A DNA stretch of 64,000 nucleotides from TPA_inf: Saccharomyces (taxonomy: Eukaryota): contig BK006948.2 of the NCBI GenBank assembly GCA_000146045.2, forward strand, positions 736,001 to 800,000, given 5' to 3'. A program made the position numbers and the translations under genes. Of this stretch, positions 23,326-32,408 are shown piece by piece; the first letter of the stretch is position 1, and the number at the start of each line of letters is the position of its first letter. Under the pieces are notes generated by a model that was not told the origin of the DNA, searched no databases, and saw only the letters and a list, made by a program, of their open reading frames with translations.

Positions 23326-23529
23326 GCATGTCTGTCCTACCAGCCCTTGCATAGGCGTCTTAAAATGTTGAGAAGCCTAAACTTCCCTCAATTTCCTACA
23401 CAAAAGGGCATTAAGATGAACAAAATGATGATCTCTCCGATGGACTTGACGCTTATACCAAAAGAGACTCGATATAAACAACACGGTTTTATAGTCCTGG
23501 ATTATTAATCCGCACGATTAATTTTGTAT
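23326..23529 (-). ncRNA. SNR35: H/ACA box snoRNA candidate matching snR35 (about 204 nt). snR35 guides pseudouridylation of 18S rRNA at the site later hypermodified to m1acp3-pseudouridine.
   Basis: Remembered chromosomal coordinates map here using the SNR17A anchor. The minus-strand RNA ends ...GGACAGACAUGC, so an ACA box sits exactly 3 nt from the 3' end. A 5' hairpin (GGAUUAAUAAUCC) and an H-box-like AGAUCA are present. A Reb1 site lies upstream. Confidence 0.55.
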
Positions 23530-23673
23530 GGTTTTTTTTTAAAATTTGAAATAAAAAGAGTAAATATACAAGAAGTAAAACCGAGGTAGTACTCTTTAGA
23601 AATTCTTCATCTCTTTTTATAGTTGCACTGGGAGGAAAAAAAAATATATATATACTATCTCCATTACCCGGAG

Positions 23674-23681
23674 TTGAATAT
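23674..23681. promoter_or_regulatory. Reb1-binding site consensus TTACCCGG with an adjacent (TA)n/TATA-like stretch. It lies in the promoter region shared by SNR35 (minus) and DSC3 (plus).
   Basis: Exact TTACCCGG at 23674-23681. aaaaaaaaatatatatatac at 23638-23656. Reb1 sites are typical of yeast snoRNA promoters. Confidence 0.4.
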
Positions 23682-23781
23682 AAAGAACGGCGTATTAGGG
23701 TCCCTTGAGTTATTAAAGAAGACGCTTGTGATATAAACCAAGCAAAGAGAGAGGTGAAAGGCAGCATACATTGATAAAATT

Positions 23782-24660
23782 ATGTCCGCAGAACCATTAT
23801 TACCCACACATAACGGATCGCAGGGAGGGGAAGTGAGGTCCCCAGATCAGAAGTTCATTGTGATACGGTTTTCCGACGTATCAGTAAGGGATCTGCAGTT
23901 GAACATATCAAATGTACCATTTTCGAATATAAATACCCACTGGCTACGTCGGATGTGTAGAGAATTGAGGCCCCAACAAACACAAAAAAGAAGACTGAAG
24001 TTTATAAGGAACGGGAGTATTCTGAATACGCATTCCAAGATTGCTGAGGAACTGACGCATTACTTCGATACTGCTAATAACTCTAACGTCGCAACAGGCA
24101 CCAGCGTGGCACCAGAGCAGAACAACTACTATATTCATTGTATAATTGGTACAGAGGAGCTGACACAAGCAGAGTTAGCCAACGAAGATCTAAAGGACGA
24201 TGCAACTCCGTCCAATGACTCCATGACCACGCAGGCCATCGGGTTTGATAGGCTACGATCCGTGGGATTTACTGAGCAAGAAATCGAACTGCTGAGGCAA
24301 CAGTTTCGGGCCACGTATGGAGATTTGGAGGAGGAGGAGGAGAGACTTGCTCAAAATGGCAACAGAGATGATGAGGGCCATGACATTAGACAGTTGGAGG
24401 AACAGTGGATGGAAAGCGGGAGTGGGACCGCTCAGGGGAATGGGGCCGGAGGCGGCAATGAAGACAGGTTTAACTCTGTGCCGATCGCTAACATAAAGCA
24501 CAACAAAGACTTGCTTTTAGGTATATGTGTCGGATTCTTCTTCGGCGTCTTTGGTATACTATTAATGAAGTTTGATGGATTGTTCAACAGACGGCAAAAA
24601 ATGGCGATTTTTGCCGGTGTGATTGTTAATGTTATGTTTTGTCTTGTGAGAGGTTTTTAG
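23782..24660 (+). CDS. DSC3: Subunit of the DSC E3 ubiquitin ligase complex, YOR223W (292 aa). C-terminal transmembrane segment.
   Basis: Length and position match. UBL-like N-terminal region. C-terminal hydrophobic helix LLLGICVGFFFGVFGILLM. Confidence 0.7.
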   Translation: MSAEPLLPTHNGSQGGEVRSPDQKFIVIRFSDVSVRDLQLNISNVPFSNINTHWLRRMCRELRPQQTQKRRLKFIRNGSILNTHSKIAEELTHYFDTANNSNVATGTSVAPEQNNYYIHCIIGTEELTQAELANEDLKDDATPSNDSMTTQAIGFDRLRSVGFTEQEIELLRQQFRATYGDLEEEEERLAQNGNRDDEGHDIRQLEEQWMESGSGTAQGNGAGGGNEDRFNSVPIANIKHNKDLLLGICVGFFFGVFGILLMKFDGLFNRRQKMAIFAGVIVNVMFCLVRGF

Positions 24661-24824
24661 TAGTGAGGCGATTAGATGTCGTTTTCATGTACAATAATGA
24701 TATTATTTTTTTTTTTTCAATTTTTAGTATTTTACATGGCATTCTTACACTTTTATAAAGTATTATTTATATTACTAGTAGCAGTAAGTGATCGCCCTTT
24801 TTTTTAGCACTCGGTCCAATGCTG

Positions 24825-25265
24825 CTAACGACGAATCAAAAGATAAGCGTTCTCTTGCTTCAAGTTATTCAAATTTCTATAGTTACCTTCTAATCTCATT
24901 AAGAGGCCACCGAATGAGTAGTAAACGGCAATTAGATCCTTGCTTACTTCCTCAAACTTGTAAGCGGTACCATACATGACGTAATCATAATCATCTGCAA
25001 GGGATCTGTCACCAGCCTGTGGAGGTCTCCAGCTTCTTGTCGCAGAAGAGTCGTTAGCTGGGGTGTCTTCGAGGTTTAAAGAGGATGCAATAGTCACTGT
25101 CAAAGAATCTTGTGCGGCGACGGGAAACAATTCAACATTTATATCCAAGGTTAGTTTGCATTGGTCCTGAGTGGTAGATGCGGCTTCGATACGGCAGACT
25201 TTGTTATAACGACCGGGATCAACTTCCGAGACTTGGAATATATCATCAAATAGAGTGTTAGACAT
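24825..25265 (-). CDS. RPB8: RNA polymerase common subunit ABC14.5 (146 aa).
   Basis: Translation [30 protein letters not shown]... recognised as Rpb8 (OB fold). Confidence 0.9.
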
Positions 25266-25613
25266 TGCTGCGGTTGTTATGGAAGCAATGAGCTGGCAAC
25301 TGGGCTTTTATAGCTGCCATCACAGTTTAAATATTCTGAAATTTTTCATCTTAGTTTTCGCTTTAGAAAAAAAAAAATGTGAAAATGAAAGATGAAAATA
25401 AGACCTGGAGAAAACCTATCACGTCTGACGAACATGAAAAAACTAAGTCAAAATTTGATACATAATGTCACTAGTATTATGACTGTTTCTGATATTAATT
25501 ACTTATTATTATACCTAATTATTCTTTTAACCCTTTCTATAAAACAACCAGAAAAAAAAAACCGGAAAGAGAGGACCTCTTGTATTTTATCATATTATCG
25601 TATCGCCTCTCTT

Positions 25614-26084
25614 TCAATGCAAAACGGAGGGGTTCCTCTTTGTTTTGTAGTCCTTGATTGCCGCCTTGATAGCGTCTTCTGCAAGCATGGAACAATGCAG
25701 TTTTACTGGAGGAAGACTTAGCTCCTTCGCGATTTCCGTGTTTTTAATTTTAACGGCCTCATCAAGTGACATACCGCGTACCAGCTCGGTCATGTAGGAG
25801 GAGGAAGCGATGGCAGACCCACACCCGAAGGTCTTGAACTTAACGTTCTCGATAATACCCGATTTATCATTCACCTGTATTTGTAGTTTTATCACATCAC
25901 CACACGCAGGGGCGCCCACGATTCCTGTGCCGACATTAGCTAAGGACTTATCCATGGACCCAACGTTTCTTGGGTTTGTGTAGTGGTCAATTACCTTAGG
26001 ATGGTAAAGTCTTTTGGCAGCTCTTGTTATGTGGGAGCCCGTGAGAGGCTTGAAGTGGGCAGGATTAGCGAGTCTGGCGAACAT
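25614..26084 (-). CDS. ISU2: Mitochondrial Fe-S cluster scaffold protein (156 aa), IscU/NifU N-domain.
   Basis: IscU signature with conserved Cys (GAPACGDV, LPPVKLHCS). Mitochondrial presequence. Length matches Isu2, not the 165-aa Isu1. Confidence 0.88.
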   Translation of the reverse strand: MFARLANPAHFKPLTGSHITRAAKRLYHPKVIDHYTNPRNVGSMDKSLANVGTGIVGAPACGDVIKLQIQVNDKSGIIENVKFKTFGCGSAIASSSYMTELVRGMSLDEAVKIKNTEIAKELSLPPVKLHCSMLAEDAIKAAIKDYKTKRNPSVLH

Positions 26085-26824
26085 CTATGCTGTGCTATGT
26101 TTGTTGGTGATGTATGAGCTGTAATGAAACCTCAGCGTTGTCTACATATGCTTCTTTTGCTGTTGTTATATACTGCTATACTGCTGCACCGGCCGGCCCC
26201 AGGTGCTTATTAATAGTAGGTTCCGCATAGGGAAAAAACGAGGGCGCCAAAAAACGTTGGGCCTGAACCGGACTCTGAAACAATAGAATCATGGTGACTC
26301 GGATATATGCAGTATGCTGTGTATCTGTATTATGGGTGTACATATATAAACATCTGACCACTATAAAGTTGCAGTCATAATTCCATACCATGCCTTTCTA
26401 GACTGGGAAGGTGCGGACCCTGTAATGAAATAAGAATAATTCCATAGTGGTTTGGCGTTTCCTTTTCCGGGTTATGCTTAATTATTTCTTGAGTTTGTCT
26501 GCCTTTTGTTTTTGCTTAGTAACGTTAAGGGGCAGGTTAAAGAAGCGACATGATTGACAGTTCGATGGGTTAAGGTGGAAAGCGAACCCTCTATAACTTA
26601 CATTTGACTCTTCCATTTGGTTGCAGTTGCCACATTTCTCGAGAACTAGCCTGTTCCCGTTTTATTACCACTTGCATTACGTATTTTCTCCTTTCCTCCT
26701 CGCACCAGTTCCCTTCCTTCAGTGATACTGTCGTCTAATATTTGACTGAGTCCCTTCCTTTTTTCTTCATTCTCTTTGGCCATTGTATATGTATTAATTT
26801 GTATCTGGTTGAATCTAGTCTGAC

Positions 26825-29800
26825 ATGAGCTCCAAGTTGAAGTACACTGATATAGATGTGCCATTGGACTGGTTGTATAAGGGGAAACGAAGGAATAGGA
26901 CCAAAAGTGCGGCTTCCACGCGCACTTCAGAAGCTACCACCACCTCTGTAAAGAAAACTGCTACTTTGCCATCAACCGCAGCTGTTCCTACGAAAACTAT
27001 AGCTTCTCCTCAAAGGCCCCTGAGCGGCCAGAATGTAAATAACGAATTATCCAACTCTAAACCAGCAGTATCCGCCGAGAAGGTTTCGCAGCAAGGACAA
27101 GTGCCCACTAGGAGGACTCGTTCTCACTCAGTATCGTACGGCCTACTCCAGAAGAAGAATAATAACGATGACACCACAGATTCTCCTAAAATATCTCGAA
27201 TTAGAACGGCACAGGATCAACCTGTTAAGGAAACAAAAAGCAGCACCCTTGCGGAACCCATCGTTTCAAAGAAGGGGAGAAGTCGTTCTTCTTCTATATC
27301 AACTTCTTTGAATGAACGATCTAAGAAATCTCTGTTCGGTTCTTTGTTCGGGAGAAGGCCTTCCACCACTCCCTCGCACGTTGTTGAAAGACCGTTGTCT
27401 TCTCAGAATGACCATAAAAAAAGCACAGAACTCCCTCCTATAGATACCAGACAGTCAAAGATCTCCACCCCAACTAGTACTCCTACCACTGCATCTTCCA
27501 AACCCAGTAGTTCTGGTGGGAATAGACATTCTGATGGATCTCTTACTTCAAAACTTCTAAGTATTCCTCATAACATCTTGGAAACCTCTTCTACGAATTT
27601 TAATGCCCACCACCATATCCAGTCACATCATAGTAGTGGTCGTGAACAAGACTCGCCCCATTCTGAATCATCAGACCTCCCTCCCATTTTAGAAAAAGAA
27701 ACTACGCAAAAACAATTACAGAAGGTGTCAAAGGTAAATTTGAAAAGGGTTACTATTGCAGTTCAAGAATTTAACTCAGATCCCCCACAACAACTACCTT
27801 CTAGGAAGCCTAAAAGGGGTAATGTTCTCATACCAGAAGATATGATTAGTGCCCCCCCACTAATCTCTCTGGGAATTACAAACAGCAGCGATCAAAGCAG
27901 TTTTCAGTCCAATATCTCTCCCTCATATTCAAAAGATTCTAAAGAATATAAATTAGCTTTGGAAAATTTTAAAAAAGCAGCTAAAGAAGCCGAAAAACAT
28001 CAAAAGGATGCGTATTATGTTGCAGAGCGAATGGCTCAAGAAGTGGCAAACTATAAGGCCAGGCAATTGAAGACATCGCCGTTAACTGGAGCAACTAATT
28101 CAGCAGCAGATTCAGCGACGGATCAAGAATCCTCCTCTCTAGATGCTAGAGCTTCTAAGCTTCATATCGATAAACCGATCAATGTAGGTGCACATCCTTT
28201 CGAAACACATCAGGATGATAACATTAAATACTCTTCTCACCTTGAACAAACATTGGACGTAGCTTACACTAGATGCTGTCATTTGAGAGAAATTTTACCA
28301 ATACCGTCCACTTTGAGACAGGTCAAAGGTAAAACCGCACCTTTGCAGACTTTGAAATTTTTGAATCCAAAACCAACCTTAGTGGATATATTATCATTTT
28401 GTGATTTTATTGCCATAACTCCGATCCATAACATCATTTTCGATAATGTGTCCTTAACCCATGATATGTTCAAGATTGTCATTTGTTCTTTGGTAACCTC
28501 TCCGGTAGTGGAGAAATTGGGGTTAAGAAATGTTGTGATAAACGAACAAAGTTGGAAACTACTTTGCAAGTTTTTATTACAAAATAAAACATTGATCAAG
28601 CTGGATATTTCTCAGACTAAAGCAAGGACAGATTTAAATGATTCTAACTACAGAGACCAAATGGACTGGGAACTATTTTGCGAAGTTCTTAGAAATAGAG
28701 AAGGTAGACCTTTGGAAGAATTGCTTTTGAATGGTTTAAGGTTTGACAAAATGTCATTCAGTCATTTCAAAAATATCCTACTTACTTTCGCACAAATGAA
28801 CCCTAAAAACCCTATTCGTCTCGGGATGGCTAACGTAGAATTCTCAACCGAGTGTTTTGATTTTCTCTTTAATTGGATGTCTGAATATAACGTTCAAGGT
28901 GTGGATTTGGCCTATAATAATTTAGAAAGTTTGGCAAAACGAATGATCAAAAAACTAGCTAGGCTTCCTTATAAGCATTTGGAATATTTTACCCTTAACA
29001 GCACTAATATCACCTCTGTTGATGATATGTCCTACATACTAAAATATCTTTCACGTTTGCCAAGCATAAAATTTCTAGATTTGAGCAACTTGCCTCAGTT
29101 ATTCCCGGGGATTTTAACATCCGGCTATAAGTATTTTCCCCAATTTCCACAACTGAAACGTATTCATTTTGATTTCGACGATCTTTCTATAAAAGAAACA
29201 ACCATGCTTGTCAGCATATTAGCTAAGTGTGAAACCCTCTCTCATGTTTCATTGATAGGACAAAGTCCTATGCCCGATGCAAGTAAAATATCCGACAGTA
29301 CTGATGAACCCGATAAGTCGAAAGATGAAAAGAAAGAACAAATCGTATTTATGAGAAATACGCTTTGGGCCTCATTGTATGCATTTGTTAGGGACTCTCA
29401 CAATTTAGTTAGTTTAGACGTTGACTATGATCAAGTACCAGACGAAATTCAATCAAGAATTGCGTTATGCTTAATGCATAATATGAAGAGAATTATGGAC
29501 TCTAGCTTTAAATTAGATGAATTGACTGTACAAGATGATTTAATATTTGATGGTTCCTTGATAACTGAGACAGCAGAAGAAGTTTTGAAAAGATTAAATG
29601 ACAAATCTTTACTTCAAAATGATGTTGGGAAGAAATATCTTTTAAAGAAATATTTTGAGAAAATGGAAAAGGTACATCATAATGTTCAAAATACAATTGA
29701 TTCTATGTTTGAGAAAAGAAAATCCGGCGAACTGCCACTGCAGGAAAAGGAAAACCTACTAAGGTTATTGCTTCTTGAGAAAAATTTATCAAATATTCTT

Positions 29801-30565
29801 GATATTTTTGCTTCTATGCCCAATATAGCAGATGTCGTACCATTTTCAAAAGCCGATAATAGTTTCCCTAATATTGGGGATAGCACGGTTAGCGCAAACT
29901 ATAATGATGGTATTCGTCCATCTCTAAAACACTTAGATTCTGACAGGTTAATCAACGATGTTTCAATTCCTGAAAACGATTCATCAATTAGACCACACTT
30001 AATGGCCACCGACTCGGGACGAATCATCGATGTGACCACTGGTAAAGCTCTTCTTTTCAAGAGTTCGTCTAATACCTCACTGGCCGGCAAGAGACAGGAA
30101 GAAGAGGAAGGTGAATTACATAAATGGGGTGTGTTTGTACAGCACCAAAGCTCAAGACATAACTCTGGGCTTCCTTCATCCGCCAATTCTTCGAGAATTA
30201 GCGGGTCGTTAACACCAGATAGCAGTGTCGCCGGAGGAAAGAAAGGGGAATCCTCTCGCACATCTGGTACAAGGCCAAAAATCTTACCAAAGATTCCTAC
30301 CGGTGCCGAATTAAGGGATGCCATTATTAAAGCTAAGGGTATTGATTCTGTAGATGATCTGATTAAAAATGTTACCTCTGAAAAGGTTGGATTGGAATCA
30401 TTATATGGAGATGAATTGAACTCTAGAAGCCCGAGTAATGACAGTTTACAAGAATCACAACAAAAGGCGCCTTTGCAGAGGCCCCTTGTTGAAGATGAAA
30501 CAGTGACAAAAAAATATGACAAACTATTGAACGATCTGTCTAATGTTCGTCACAGTAAAACCTAA
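26825..30565 (+). CDS. HER1: Large Ser/Thr-rich protein of the HER1/GIP3 family, YOR227W (1246 aa).
   Basis: Length and position match. Low-complexity S/T/P-rich N-terminal third and C-terminus. Confidence 0.75.
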   Translation: MSSKLKYTDIDVPLDWLYKGKRRNRTKSAASTRTSEATTTSVKKTATLPSTAAVPTKTIASPQRPLSGQNVNNELSNSKPAVSAEKVSQQGQVPTRRTRSHSVSYGLLQKKNNNDDTTDSPKISRIRTAQDQPVKETKSSTLAEPIVSKKGRSRSSSISTSLNERSKKSLFGSLFGRRPSTTPSHVVERPLSSQNDHKKSTELPPIDTRQSKISTPTSTPTTASSKPSSSGGNRHSDGSLTSKLLSIPHNILETSSTNFNAHHHIQSHHSSGREQDSPHSESSDLPPILEKETTQKQLQKVSKVNLKRVTIAVQEFNSDPPQQLPSRKPKRGNVLIPEDMISAPPLISLGITNSSDQSSFQSNISPSYSKDSKEYKLALENFKKAAKEAEKHQKDAYYVAERMAQEVANYKARQLKTSPLTGATNSAADSATDQESSSLDARASKLHIDKPINVGAHPFETHQDDNIKYSSHLEQTLDVAYTRCCHLREILPIPSTLRQVKGKTAPLQTLKFLNPKPTLVDILSFCDFIAITPIHNIIFDNVSLTHDMFKIVICSLVTSPVVEKLGLRNVVINEQSWKLLCKFLLQNKTLIKLDISQTKARTDLNDSNYRDQMDWELFCEVLRNREGRPLEELLLNGLRFDKMSFSHFKNILLTFAQMNPKNPIRLGMANVEFSTECFDFLFNWMSEYNVQGVDLAYNNLESLAKRMIKKLARLPYKHLEYFTLNSTNITSVDDMSYILKYLSRLPSIKFLDLSNLPQLFPGILTSGYKYFPQFPQLKRIHFDFDDLSIKETTMLVSILAKCETLSHVSLIGQSPMPDASKISDSTDEPDKSKDEKKEQIVFMRNTLWASLYAFVRDSHNLVSLDVDYDQVPDEIQSRIALCLMHNMKRIMDSSFKLDELTVQDDLIFDGSLITETAEEVLKRLNDKSLLQNDVGKKYLLKKYFEKMEKVHHNVQNTIDSMFEKRKSGELPLQEKENLLRLLLLEKNLSNILDIFASMPNIADVVPFSKADNSFPNIGDSTVSANYNDGIRPSLKHLDSDRLINDVSIPENDSSIRPHLMATDSGRIIDVTTGKALLFKSSSNTSLAGKRQEEEEGELHKWGVFVQHQSSRHNSGLPSSANSSRISGSLTPDSSVAGGKKGESSRTSGTRPKILPKIPTGAELRDAIIKAKGIDSVDDLIKNVTSEKVGLESLYGDELNSRSPSNDSLQESQQKAPLQRPLVEDETVTKKYDKLLNDLSNVRHSKT

Positions 30566-30691
30566 ATTATTTTATGCTTCTGTCTTTCCTTTCTCTTTCG
30601 ATTATTAGAAGGTGCATCTTTGTATAAATATCCCATCAATAATGTATTCTTAGGAATCTATATATGTATGTACGTTTTATGTGTATATGTA

Positions 30692-30702
30692 TTTTACGTT
30701 TT
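30692..30702. other. Candidate ARS consensus sequence (11/11 match to WTTTAYRTTTW) in an AT-rich convergent intergenic region.
   Basis: TTTTACGTTTT at 30692-30702 with AT-rich flanks, between the 3' ends of HER1 and MCP1. A 10/11 near-match, TTTTATGTGTA, lies about 20 bp upstream at about 30675-30685. Functional origin status cannot be judged from sequence. Confidence 0.3.
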
Positions 30703-30868
30703 TTCATAATCATATACTTTCTGCCGAAATTTTTTGCCTTCATTATGCACACTAATGTTATTAATCAGATAAAAATACAGAAATTTAAAATAAATACTGA
30801 GAATAATATAATTAACTGTTCGAGAATTGTCGCAAATTAATAGCTTCACACTACTCCCACAAGGATTC

Positions 30869-31777
30869 CTAATTCACGTGCAACAGCAACCGGATCTTTT
30901 TGAAAATGCTTTCGAATTGGTTGGGACCCAGTTTCGTAGAATCCTCTTTCATCAATCTAATCAGAGAAACGAACCCAACGAGTGTTAATAGATTGATAGC
31001 TGTGGACCATTTTTTCCTGCTAGTCATTTTTCTAACACCGAAATAACGGCAGAGCCCCGAACCTATATGATATACACCTGACTCGAGGAGAATAGCTAAC
31101 GGCACCAGGCCTCCAAGCCATTTCCACCACCTGTTCTTGCTAGATAGTAATTGCTTTATAGAGGCGAAATCCACCTCAGTAGAGATGGAATTCGGCACCC
31201 ATTTCATAATTAATAAGTGGTATATCAGGACGGGAACAAGGATGTATCCACTAATCACTTGTGGAGGAATGCGGAAGGTCTTATACAATCCAAATAAATA
31301 GCCAGAAATTCCACCAGTTAAACCAATCGAATCTTGGGATAGATCTTGTTCGGCCGATATCTTTAAATGTCGATGTCTATTTCTTCTTGGCTTGTTCCAG
31401 TTGTTCACGATTCGGAGCAAGACACCAGCAGAAACATGAAGAGTAATACCCGCAACTAACAGCTTGGTAGTTATGGACGGTAAAATCTCTCTCACCATCA
31501 TTAAAACGTCGTCAGGAGCAGAATCAGGTGATACTGCCGGCGTGATTAATGTATTTGCTGCATGTAGTGGGAAATACAATGCCATGGGCAGTACCGAAAT
31601 CTTTTGACAGTTCCAAAGGAATCTCCGACATGAACTCCTGGAAAAAGGATACGGAATGCCAAATATTTTTTTCCTCTTATCAGGATTACCATCTCCTTCG
31701 GGGCTATGTGCATTAACATCATGAGGGAGACTAGCAGGGTCTACTGGTTCTGGAGGCACTTCATGCAACTTTATCAT
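30869..31777 (-). CDS. MCP1: Mitochondrial outer-membrane multi-pass protein, YOR228C (302 aa). Trimmed to the Met giving MIKLHEVPP.
   Basis: Five predicted transmembrane segments. Length and position match. ATG verified at 31775-31777 on the minus strand. Confidence 0.7.
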   Translation of the reverse strand: MIKLHEVPPEPVDPASLPHDVNAHSPEGDGNPDKRKKIFGIPYPFSRSSCRRFLWNCQKISVLPMALYFPLHAANTLITPAVSPDSAPDDVLMMVREILPSITTKLLVAGITLHVSAGVLLRIVNNWNKPRRNRHRHLKISAEQDLSQDSIGLTGGISGYLFGLYKTFRIPPQVISGYILVPVLIYHLLIMKWVPNSISTEVDFASIKQLLSSKNRWWKWLGGLVPLAILLESGVYHIGSGLCRYFGVRKMTSRKKWSTAINLLTLVGFVSLIRLMKEDSTKLGPNQFESIFKKIRLLLHVN

Positions 31778-32266
31778 CGTAATAAACAAAACTCTGGGCT
31801 AACTGGTATATGCCCTAGTAATTCGGGACCTGTTAGGAGCAATACAATCTACACAAGGTTTTCCTTACTTATTTTCCAATTGACGACCAACTTGCCTCAC
31901 ACAATTACAGAGCACGTATTCGCTCTCTAGCCACTCTTTTCAAAACAAATTTTAGTTGTGGACCTGGTTAGGATACAATCAGCGATGTCGGAAGACTGAT
32001 GTAGTAGAATTGACTGGAACGCTTCTTCTATAGTCTACACGGAAGCTATACTCCCTTGAATAGATGGTAGATGTTCCGCATAAGGTTTGTCCTTTTGGTT
32101 TTTTAGCCCCGTTCGGGGTTCGAACTGCTAAGTCATATTCCGCACATATGCGTCCGCAGACTCTCATTGGATCATTCTTACCCATTCGGGTCATAATGCA
32201 AGCCTTTACCATTTATGGCACTTTGATTTCCCTTTCCATCTCACATCTTCAATTCTATTGTTTTTG

Positions 32267-32293
32267 AAAAAAAAAAAAAATAAAAAAAAAAAA
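32267..32293. promoter_or_regulatory. Long poly(dA:dT) tract (A14-T-A12) in the WTM2 promoter, a nucleosome-excluding element.
   Basis: Homopolymer seen directly, about 120 bp upstream of the WTM2 ATG. Confidence 0.5.
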
Positions 32294-32408
32294 GATTAAA
32301 GGCAATTAGTTAGCTGACGTATGGAACATCTCTGCTGTACAGCTACATTTACTTATAAGACAAGGAGCAATTAGTAGCGACGGGAGCAAGAACTAAAAAG
32401 GATAGAGG

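Noticed and set aside
25392-25721. 109-aa plus-strand ORF (dubious YOR225W) overlapping the ISU2 3' end
   Set aside because: It overlaps antisense to the conserved ISU2 CDS. It has an AT-rich low-complexity N-terminus and no homolog signal.
32090-32130. GGTTCGAAC motif resembling a tRNA T-loop (B box)
   Set aside because: The flanking bases do not form a T-stem, and there is no A box or acceptor stem 50-70 nt upstream. I found no tRNA-like cloverleaf on either strand anywhere in the window.
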